From the NCBI GenBank assembly GCA_018651445.1, contig JABIDZ010000089.1, forward strand, positions 1 to 32,121: DNA of 32,121 nt, written 5' to 3'. The DNA is from Candidatus Iainarchaeum sp. (GTDB lineage: Archaea; Iainarchaeota; Iainarchaeia; Iainarchaeales; JAAZKV01). The translations under genes were made by a program, and so were the position numbers. This document shows positions 1-6,915 of the stretch, in pieces; the first letter of the stretch is position 1; each line of letters begins with the position of its first letter. Under the pieces are notes generated by a model. The model had not been told where the DNA came from. It saw only the letters and a program-made list of their open reading frames with translations, and made no database searches.

Positions 1-230
1 CCTATTTGATAATACGCTAAAGGATCAGGATTTGGTACGGAACCAGTTGTTACGATGTCTTCTACTAACCTTGCGTGGTAATATGCATCGGGTTCAAATA
101 AATAGTTTCCTTCGTATCTAACGATGTTAGATCTAATGCTCATTGCGAATAAAAATAAAACTATTAGGATGAGAATCATCTTTTTGTTTTCCCAAACCTT
201 TGTTTTAACATTTTTTAAATCAAATTCCAT
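1..230 (-). CDS. aglB: Oligosaccharyltransferase AglB/STT3, N-terminal part (runs off the left edge)
   Basis: Manual translation from ATG at 230: MEFDLKNVKTKVWENKKMILILIVLFLFAMSIRSNIVRYEGNYLFEPDAYYHARLVEDIVTTGSVPNPDPLAYYQI. A TM helix ending in IR followed by 'EPDAYYHAR' and 'DPLAYY' matches the STT3/AglB N-terminus. Confidence 0.85.
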   Translation of the reverse strand, partial: MEFDLKNVKTKVWENKKMILILIVLFLFAMSIRSNIVRYEGNYLFEPDAYYHARLVEDIVTTGSVPNPDPLAYYQI

Positions 231-297
231 TTCATCACAACGAGAATAATATTAAACTAATATACAAAATAAATACACAATTATTAAAAAGAGTTCT

Positions 298-330
298 TTT
301 AGGAGAAAAAATTAGCTTAGTTCTCCTAAA
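298..330 (-). terminator. Hairpin, putative terminator downstream of the ferredoxin gene
   Basis: Perfect 10-bp inverted repeat: tttaggagaa (298-307) / ttctcctaaa (321-330). Confidence 0.5.
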
Positions 331-341
331 CAATCCTCATA

Positions 342-370
342 ATTTACTCTTCTACTTTAATGCATTGTGT
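342..370. repeat. 29-bp direct repeat, copy of the ferredoxin 3' end
   Basis: atttactcttctactttaatgcattgtgt matches 478-506 at 28/29 positions. Confidence 0.9.
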
Positions 371-477
371 CGCGCTCCTTTCGCCGAGTCTAGCAAAACA
401 AGTTTTGCGTGATGCATGAAAACTCTGGTTTCATTAGCACGGGAGCGATGTATGCCATCACGATGTGATGACATTGT
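371..477. mobile_element. Small structured insertion (MITE/REP-like or integrated-element remnant)
   Basis: GC-richer 107-bp segment with several hairpins, lying between the 29-bp direct repeats. Confidence 0.45.
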
Positions 478-479
478 AT

Positions 480-692
480 TTATTCTTCTACTTTAATGCA
501 TTGTGTTGGACATGAATTTGCAGCGTCTTTGCTAGCGCCAACGGCGTCAACGTCTTTTGTTGCGATGCCAGAGCTTTCAGTTCCGCCTTTTAGTACTGCT
601 TTGTCGCCATTCATTTCCCAGTTAGTAGGGTCAAGCGCAGCGCAAGCTCCACAGCCAATACATTTTTCGATTTCTTGAATAATCTTAACCAT
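480..692 (-). CDS. Monocluster [4Fe-4S] ferredoxin
   Basis: CIGCGAC motif plus distal CP (ANSCPTQCI). An AAGGTGA SD precedes the ATG at 692. Confidence 0.9.
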   Translation of the reverse strand: MVKIIQEIEKCIGCGACAALDPTNWEMNGDKAVLKGGTESSGIATKDVDAVGASKDAANSCPTQCIKVEE

Positions 693-738
693 TGTTATCA
701 CCTTAGAAAAATAACTATTATTCCTTTTAAAAAGTTAA

Positions 739-1632
739 TCATTTCATTGATTCTTCTAAAACTTCTTTTTCAGAGATTTGATAACACCCTGGAAAACCAA
801 CTGCAATTCCTGCCGCGTCATTTGCAAGTTTAATTGATTCTTTTAGCGAAAAACCTTTGTTGTAGAAATGTGTCAAAACAGCGATGACTGTGTCGCCTGC
901 GCCAGTTACATCAAAAACTTTTTTTGCGTTTGCGTCAATATCGAATCGTTCACCACAAGTTCCAAAAAAGCTTACCCCGTTTGCGCCTTTTTTTAGGAGT
1001 ACATTTGTTTTTAGTTGATTAACTAGTATTTTGCCTGCTTTCAACCAGTCTTTTTCGCGAGTCATTTCAATAGCTTCTATAAGATTGGGGGTTATGAGGA
1101 AAAGATCGTTGTAAAACGTTGTGTGAGCTGGTTTTGGGTCAACAAGAATAGTATTCCCCTTGTCTTTTAATTTAGAAACAAGCTCTTTTGAAATAACTCC
1201 TTTATTGTAATCCGAAATAATAATTAAATCATCTGCTTTGACTGAGTTAAGTATCTCCAAAACATGTTTTTCGCGAATATACTCTTTTTTTTCAGTGTCT
1301 TTTCGAAAAAAATATTCTCCGCTTGTTTTTGAAAGAATTCTTTCTTTAATTATCGTGCTTCTTTCTTCGTCTTCAATTAAGTCAAAATCAATGTTTGATT
1401 TTTTTAGAATTGTTTTGATTTTGTCTGCACTCTCGTCTTTTCCAACAACACTAATTAATTTAACTTTTGATCCAAGCGATTCTAGATTTGCAGCAACATT
1501 CCCTGCGCCACCGATTTTTAGATTCGTTTCAATCACGGTAAAACAAGGCGCGTTACTCTCAGGATTTTCTCTATGAACACAAAAATCATATTTGTCGAGT
1601 AGTACATCCCCGATAACAAGTATCCGTTTCAT
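739..1632 (-). CDS. PfkB-family sugar kinase, HldA/RfaE (heptose-7-phosphate kinase) domain-like
   Basis: Motifs GDVLLDKY, GGAGNVAANL, SDYNKG, VDPK, TPN and DVTGAGDT, as in the HldE kinase domain. Confidence 0.8.
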   Translation of the reverse strand: MKRILVIGDVLLDKYDFCVHRENPESNAPCFTVIETNLKIGGAGNVAANLESLGSKVKLISVVGKDESADKIKTILKKSNIDFDLIEDEERSTIIKERILSKTSGEYFFRKDTEKKEYIREKHVLEILNSVKADDLIIISDYNKGVISKELVSKLKDKGNTILVDPKPAHTTFYNDLFLITPNLIEAIEMTREKDWLKAGKILVNQLKTNVLLKKGANGVSFFGTCGERFDIDANAKKVFDVTGAGDTVIAVLTHFYNKGFSLKESIKLANDAAGIAVGFPGCYQISEKEVLEESMK

Positions 1633-1674
1633 TATGGACTAATCTTGTACGCAAATAAAAATAACTTGGTGCAA

Positions 1675-1953
1675 TCATTCTTTTGAAATTTCTTTTGCTA
1701 AAAGTGTAGCTAAGAAATAATTCCATGCAAGATTTATCGTGTTGATAACTGTGAGTGATAATCCACTGTTAACATTTATCGTTCCGCTTAGCAAAATTGT
1801 TGCAGGATTTAAAATGAAATGAATGAACCCTTGTAGTATTTGTGTGGGCACATAAGGTAATATTACGAATAAGTATAATTGTGCTACAAAGAACACTAAG
1901 AAGAACCAACCGATTTTTTTCCAGCTTGGAGCAAAAAAACTTTTCAAATCCAT
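1675..1953 (-). CDS. Small membrane protein, hypothetical
   Basis: 92 aa with hydrophobic segments, co-oriented with its neighbours. Confidence 0.65.
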   Translation of the reverse strand: MDLKSFFAPSWKKIGWFFLVFFVAQLYLFVILPYVPTQILQGFIHFILNPATILLSGTINVNSGLSLTVINTINLAWNYFLATLLAKEISKE

Positions 1954-2030
1954 AGTAAAACCAACTATTCCAAAGAATAAAAAACTTTTGAAATAGAAGA
2001 AAAGAGCTTAATTAGAATAAATACAAAAAG

Positions 2031-2146
2031 TGAAGCAGCTTTCGGCAGGTTCCACTACAAAGAGCAGTACCAAACCATTCCCAACGAGACTTAACTTCCG
2101 GGTTCGGAATGGGTCCGGGTGTTACCCTCGTGGCATGGCCGCTTCG
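2031..2146 (-). rRNA. rrf: 5S rRNA
   Basis: The reverse strand reads GAAGCGGCCAT...ACACCCGGACCCATTCCGAACCCGGAAGTTAAG...GCTGCTTC. It has the conserved loop C (CCGAAC) and GAAGTTAAG, and terminal helix I pairs. Confidence 0.93.
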
Positions 2147-2163
2147 TATATATTGCCTATCTG

Positions 2164-2179
2164 AAGCTTTATAAAGCTT
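2164..2179. promoter_or_regulatory. Palindromic TATA box, likely 5S rRNA promoter
   Basis: aagcTTTATAAAgctt, with the TATA 22-29 nt upstream of the 5S 5' end. Confidence 0.65.
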
Positions 2180-2255
2180 ACTTTCACCTCTTTCGCTAAG
2201 AAAGCAAATACTTAAATTGATTTGATTAGTTCTTTTCTGTAGGAGTTTGTGTTAA

Positions 2256-3722
2256 ATGAAAATTGCTTTTATTGAACCTGCGATTGCTAATGTTGAACCA
2301 TTAGGGATTGCGTATCTAGCCCAAATGCTAATTGATGCAGGGCACAAAGTAAAGTATTTTGAGTCGCCAAGAAAAGGTTTTTTAGAACGGTTAAAAGACT
2401 TCAATCCAGATGTGCTAGCATATAGTATTGCAACAGGAAAGCATCGTTTGTGCAGAGAACTTAACTCTGCGCTTAGAAAAAAAATGAATGCATTTTCTAT
2501 TTTTGGCGGGCCTCATTGTACATTCTACCCTGAATTCATTGAGAGCGACAAATACATTGACGGGGTTTGTATTGGAGAAGGAGAGTTTGCGATAGTAGAA
2601 CTAGTAAACGCATTGGAAGCTAAAAAAAAGTTTACGAATATACAAAATTGGTGGATTAGATACAAAGGGGAGATTTACAAGAACCCTACAAGACACAAGT
2701 TTGAAGATTTAGATGCACTCCCATATCCGAATAGAGATATTATTTACGCAGAAAACAAGGATTTGAGTAAGAGCCCGATAAAAAGAATCATGGCTTCTCG
2801 CGGTTGCCCCTATAATTGTTCATATTGTTTTAATCAAAAATATAATTTGCTTTACAAAGGAAAAGGAAAAATAAGTTGTCATCGTTCTCCAAAAAACATT
2901 GTAGGTGAACTAAAACAAATAAAGAAAAAATATCCATTTACTTTTCTAAAAATTGTTGATGATACTTTCGGGATTAGTATGGATTACGATGAGTTTGCAA
3001 GACTATACAAAAAAGAAATAGACGTTCCTTTTTTGTGTAATGCCCGCGCTAATTTGTTAAATGAAAGCAAAATAAAATATCTAAAAGAAGCTGGTTGCGT
3101 AGCAGTAACTTTAGCTATAGAATCGGGTAATGAGTTTATACGAAACAAGGTTTTGAATAGAGGTTTGTCATACGAAATCATGAGTAATGCAATTAATCTG
3201 TTAAAAGACAATGGTTTGAGAGTTTGGACACAAAACATAATTGGTAGTCCTGGTGAAACATTTGAAATGGCGCTTGAAACATTTAAGTTTAATATTAAAC
3301 ACAAAATAGATTTTGCAGAGTGCTTTGTTCTAACTCCTTTTTTTGGAACAGCCGTATACGAGTATTGTGTGAAAAACAATTATTTAGAAAAAGGAACAGA
3401 CATCGACAAAATGTCACAGTCGTATTGGCTAGGTTCCTGCATAAAGTTTAAGTCTTTAGAAGAAAAAAATAAATTCATAAATTTCCACAAGTTTTTTGGC
3501 TTTGGAGTAAAGCACCCATGGGCTTTGTCAATAATAAAACAATTGATTAAGTTGCCTCCAAACACGTTGTTTGTTTTATTTAATCGTTTTTATGACGCGT
3601 GGAGAATTAGTAGAGTAATTCGTGCAAAATTCACTCCATTAAACTTTTTAACAACCGTAAAAGTTAACGTAAAGTTTATTTTGAGTTATTTTGTGAAAAC
3701 AGATAAATATTCTAAACTTTAA
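2256..3722 (+). CDS. B12-binding-domain radical SAM protein
   Basis: N-terminal cobalamin-binding domain (EPLGIAYLA, GGPH, GEGE) and CxxxCxxC (SRGCPYNCSYC). Confidence 0.88.
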   Translation: MKIAFIEPAIANVEPLGIAYLAQMLIDAGHKVKYFESPRKGFLERLKDFNPDVLAYSIATGKHRLCRELNSALRKKMNAFSIFGGPHCTFYPEFIESDKYIDGVCIGEGEFAIVELVNALEAKKKFTNIQNWWIRYKGEIYKNPTRHKFEDLDALPYPNRDIIYAENKDLSKSPIKRIMASRGCPYNCSYCFNQKYNLLYKGKGKISCHRSPKNIVGELKQIKKKYPFTFLKIVDDTFGISMDYDEFARLYKKEIDVPFLCNARANLLNESKIKYLKEAGCVAVTLAIESGNEFIRNKVLNRGLSYEIMSNAINLLKDNGLRVWTQNIIGSPGETFEMALETFKFNIKHKIDFAECFVLTPFFGTAVYEYCVKNNYLEKGTDIDKMSQSYWLGSCIKFKSLEEKNKFINFHKFFGFGVKHPWALSIIKQLIKLPPNTLFVLFNRFYDAWRISRVIRAKFTPLNFLTTVKVNVKFILSYFVKTDKYSKL

Positions 3723-3786
3723 TTTCGTTGATTTTAAAAATTATTTTTAGCAAAAGAATTAAAAGAGCGTAATACTTATTATTTGA

Positions 3787-4200
3787 ATGAAAAAGATAAT
3801 TATTTTATTTTTAGCTTTACTAGTATTAGTTTCTCTTGGGTGTACACAAACTACCCCGGCCCAAACAAGTGAAGCACCAAGCGAAATGCAAGTAGCACTT
3901 ACAATAAATGTTTTTGATGGATCTGGAGAAAATATTTTTACGAAAAACCAAAACGTGTTAGAAGGAACAAATGCTTTTGAAGCAATGAAAACTATTATGG
4001 GTGACGACTTAGAATTTGAAATGTATTCTTTTGGCCCATTTATTAAAAAGATTGTTGGTGTTGAGCCGTCTACAACTAGTTATTGGGCGTTATATGTAAA
4101 TGGCGAGTTTGCGTCAAAAGGAATTTCTGATTATGTTATAGATGCAGACACGCTTATTGAATGGAAGTTAGACGAAATAGATCTTAGTTCTATGGAATAA
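3787..4200 (+). CDS. DUF4430-domain (transcobalamin beta-domain-like) lipoprotein
   Basis: Lipobox-like LVSLGC. The GPFIKKIVG...YWALYVNGEFASKGISDY...IEWK pattern is typical of DUF4430. Confidence 0.75.
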   Translation: MKKIIILFLALLVLVSLGCTQTTPAQTSEAPSEMQVALTINVFDGSGENIFTKNQNVLEGTNAFEAMKTIMGDDLEFEMYSFGPFIKKIVGVEPSTTSYWALYVNGEFASKGISDYVIDADTLIEWKLDEIDLSSME

Positions 4201-4232
4201 CTATAGTTATTTGTTTTTTAAAAATAATAAAC

Positions 4233-4257
4233 TGGTTCACAAGTTGCCTTGTGACCA
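4233..4257 (-). terminator. Hairpin between convergent genes, with a GCAA loop on the tbp strand
   Basis: Minus strand TGGTCACAAG-GCAA-CTTGTG(A)ACCA followed by a T-rich tract. Confidence 0.55.
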
Positions 4258-4269
4258 ATTAGAATAGAG

Positions 4270-4875
4270 TTATTTTTTAGTTGTTTTTTTAGTTGTTTTC
4301 TTAGTTGTTTTTTTCTTTACAGGTTTGTTCTTTTTTGCACTAGTTTTTGCAGCAACCATTTCTTCAACTATTTTCAGTCCTTTTCGCAAGTGAGTCTCTT
4401 TTTTTGCTCCCGCACAAATCATCTTTCCGTTTTTAAATAACAAGAAAGTTAGTTTTGGCTCGTCAAGTCTAAGAATAGCTCCGGGGAATTGTTCAGGTTC
4501 GTACTCAACATTATCTAAGTTCATTGCTACTTCGAATAAATCTAGGTTCATATCTAGTGAAGCTGTTGCAACAAAGTTAACGATTTCAAAAGGAACATTT
4601 CGCTTAACCTTAATGTCTTTTTGTATTTCGCTAATCATTTTGTTTGCTCTACGAATACCTTGTTCAATTTGTTTTTCGTTACTAGCTCCAGAACAGATTA
4701 TTTTACCGTTTTTGAATAACAACATTGAAACCTTTGGTTCTTTGATTTTTAATATTGCTCCTGGGAATTGTTCCGGCTCATATTCGATATTTGGTATCCC
4801 TACGGCAAGTGAATACAAATCTAACATTTGATCCAAAGACGCCGATGCGACCATATTAACAACAGTATATTTCAA
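4270..4875 (-). CDS. tbp: TATA-box binding protein
   Basis: Two repeats of VNxVA...EYEPEQFPGAI...LLFKNGK. The TTG start at 4875 follows a GGGGTG SD; GTG at 4884 is an alternative start. Confidence 0.96.
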   Translation of the reverse strand: MKYTVVNMVASASLDQMLDLYSLAVGIPNIEYEPEQFPGAILKIKEPKVSMLLFKNGKIICSGASNEKQIEQGIRRANKMISEIQKDIKVKRNVPFEIVNFVATASLDMNLDLFEVAMNLDNVEYEPEQFPGAILRLDEPKLTFLLFKNGKMICAGAKKETHLRKGLKIVEEMVAAKTSAKKNKPVKKKTTKKTTKKTTKK

Positions 4876-4902
4876 AATTAACACCCCTTTCGAACAAAAA
4901 AT

Positions 4903-4967
4903 CCTTTATAAAGGCCTTGTTCTAATTTAAAAAGGATACGCAACGTTTATAAAGACGCCTTTATAAA
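4903..4967. promoter_or_regulatory. Cluster of three TTTATAAA boxes in the tbp/DUF1003 divergent region
   Basis: TTTATAAA at 4905-4912, 4946-4953 and 4960-4967. Confidence 0.6.
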
Positions 4968-5039
4968 TGAAAATTTGTCCAATTTTACGGGAAAAACGCT
5001 TGCAAAAAGAATTATATACTTGTTAACATTCTTTATTTC

Positions 5040-5543
5040 ATGTCAACCAATAATTCGAATGGAAGTTCTAATAACAAAGCTGAGAGTAAACAACCAACAT
5101 TGCGATCAAAAAAAGCTTCGAATGGACAAAAAGCAGCTAGCTGGTTAGCTAAGTGGGCAGGTTCATGGGCATTCTTGAGTATATTTATTTTGTTCTTAGT
5201 TATTTGGGCAATTCTTAACACCGCATTTGTGTTGTTTGGGGTATGGGATCAATACCCTTTCATCTTACTAAATCTGTTCTTGTCGTGTATTGCTGCAGTG
5301 CAAGCACCAATAATATTGATGTCTCAAAACAGACAAACCGATATTGATAGACACCGTGCAGAATATGATTACTTGGTTAATCGTCGTGCTGAGAGAGAGA
5401 TTAAGCAATTACAAATTGATGTTCTAGAGATAAAAGAATCTGTGTTAAAACAATCTACTAAATCGCAAACACAGAATTTACGAGAAGAAGTTAAGAAGAT
5501 TCAAGGCGAATTAAACAAAATCGAACACAAGATAAAAAAATAA
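5040..5543 (+). CDS. DUF1003 family membrane protein
   Basis: GSWAF...WD.YPFILLNLFLSCIAAVQAPIILMSQNRQ signature. Confidence 0.88.
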   Translation: MSTNNSNGSSNNKAESKQPTLRSKKASNGQKAASWLAKWAGSWAFLSIFILFLVIWAILNTAFVLFGVWDQYPFILLNLFLSCIAAVQAPIILMSQNRQTDIDRHRAEYDYLVNRRAEREIKQLQIDVLEIKESVLKQSTKSQTQNLREEVKKIQGELNKIEHKIKK

Positions 5544-5692
5544 CTTTTTCGAGAAAGAAAGTGATTATTTTACCTTTTTGCTTGTTTTATTATTAAATCT
5601 TTTGTTTTTCACAAGATTTTGAAGAATAACCTTTTAAACAATTTTATGAGGAAATCATTTATTACCTGTAAAAAATTTGGAGGGTGTGATTA

Positions 5693-6853
5693 ATGGACCA
5701 TATAGTTAGAAATGCAATTGCAAGAGCACAGGCTGTTCCAAAGCCAAGAACAATAAAGAAAACATCTAAAACTGCTAAAAGAGCAAGAACAACTAAGAGA
5801 AAAAGTGTAAGAAAAGTAACACACTCTGATGAAGATTTAGTAACAATGCTTGAAACTAATCAAGCAAAGATTGTTGTAGTTGGTTGTGGTGGTGGCGGTT
5901 GTAACACTATCGAACGAATGAACGAAGTAGGAATAAAAGGAGCGAATACTTTCGCTGTTAACACTGACGCACAAGACTTATTGACTACGCGTGCAGATAA
6001 AAAACTTTTAATTGGACAAAAATTAACTCGTGGTCTTGGTTCAGGATCAGATCCACAAATAGGTGAGAGTGCAGCAAAAGAAAGCGGTGAAGAACTAAAA
6101 GACTCTCTAAGCGCTTCTGACTTAGTGTTTATCACTTGTGGTTTAGGTGGAGGAACCGGAACTGGTTCAGCACCCGTTGTAGCAGAAATTGCTAAAAATG
6201 TAAAAGCTTTGACAGTTGCAGTAGTAACATTACCATTCACTGTTGAAGGAAGAAAAAGAATGGAAAACGCAATGTATGGTCTTGAAAGATTACAAGAATA
6301 TACCGACACTATAATTGTGATTCCAAACGACAAGATTTTGGAAATCGCTCCGGATCTACCAATTAACGCAGCTTTCAAAGTTGCAGACGAAGTTTTAACT
6401 AACGCAGTAAAAGGAATTACTGAAATGGTTACTAAACCAGGTTTGATTAATCTAGACTTTGCCGACTTAAGAACAATTTTGTCTCGAGGTGGAGCAGCAA
6501 TGATTGGTCTTGGAGAAAGTTCTCGAGGAGAATCTAGCGAATCACGCGCACTTGAATCAGTTGAAAATGCTTTGACTTCTCCATTACTTGATGTAGATAT
6601 TTCAAACGCTACAAGAGCATTAGTAAATGTTACTGGTGGAAGCGACATGACTTTAAGAGAAGCGGAAATGATTGTTGAAACAGTTTCAACAAAAATCCAT
6701 GGTGCAAGCCACATTATTTGGGGTGCGATGGTTGACGAAGGTTTACCTAAAAACCAAATCCAAGCAATGGTTGTAATCGCGGGCGGAAAATTTCCTTACC
6801 TTGAAGACACAAACTCTGCTGGAGAAATCGATTTAGGAATCGAGTTCACATAA
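5693..6853 (+). CDS. ftsZ: Cell division protein FtsZ (FtsZ1 type)
   Basis: GGGG.N, AVNTDAQDL, GGGTGTG and INLDFAD motifs. It sits upstream of secE-spt5. Confidence 0.97.
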   Translation: MDHIVRNAIARAQAVPKPRTIKKTSKTAKRARTTKRKSVRKVTHSDEDLVTMLETNQAKIVVVGCGGGGCNTIERMNEVGIKGANTFAVNTDAQDLLTTRADKKLLIGQKLTRGLGSGSDPQIGESAAKESGEELKDSLSASDLVFITCGLGGGTGTGSAPVVAEIAKNVKALTVAVVTLPFTVEGRKRMENAMYGLERLQEYTDTIIVIPNDKILEIAPDLPINAAFKVADEVLTNAVKGITEMVTKPGLINLDFADLRTILSRGGAAMIGLGESSRGESSESRALESVENALTSPLLDVDISNATRALVNVTGGSDMTLREAEMIVETVSTKIHGASHIIWGAMVDEGLPKNQIQAMVVIAGGKFPYLEDTNSAGEIDLGIEFT

Positions 6854-6877
6854 AGCAAACACAAATAAACTATTTTG

Positions 6878-6903
6878 AAATTAGGAATTAATTTTCCTAA
6901 TTT
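6878..6903. terminator. Hairpin between the convergent ftsZ and surface-protein genes
   Basis: aaattaggaa / ttcctaattt followed by T runs. Confidence 0.55.
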
Positions 6904-6915
6904 TTTTCTATTTTT

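Noticed and set aside
371..477. Hammerhead ribozyme (minus strand has CTAATGA...CGAAA)
   Set aside because: The core differs from CUGAUGA, and there is no correctly placed UH cleavage site or stem II topology.
342..506. Mini CRISPR array
   Set aside because: There are only two repeats, the spacer is 107 bp, one repeat is coding sequence, and no cas genes are present.
5860..6714. 284-aa antisense ORF in ftsZ and similar shadow ORFs in smc, rpl10 and the HerA-like gene
   Set aside because: They fully overlap well-supported genes on the opposite strand and show no family motifs.
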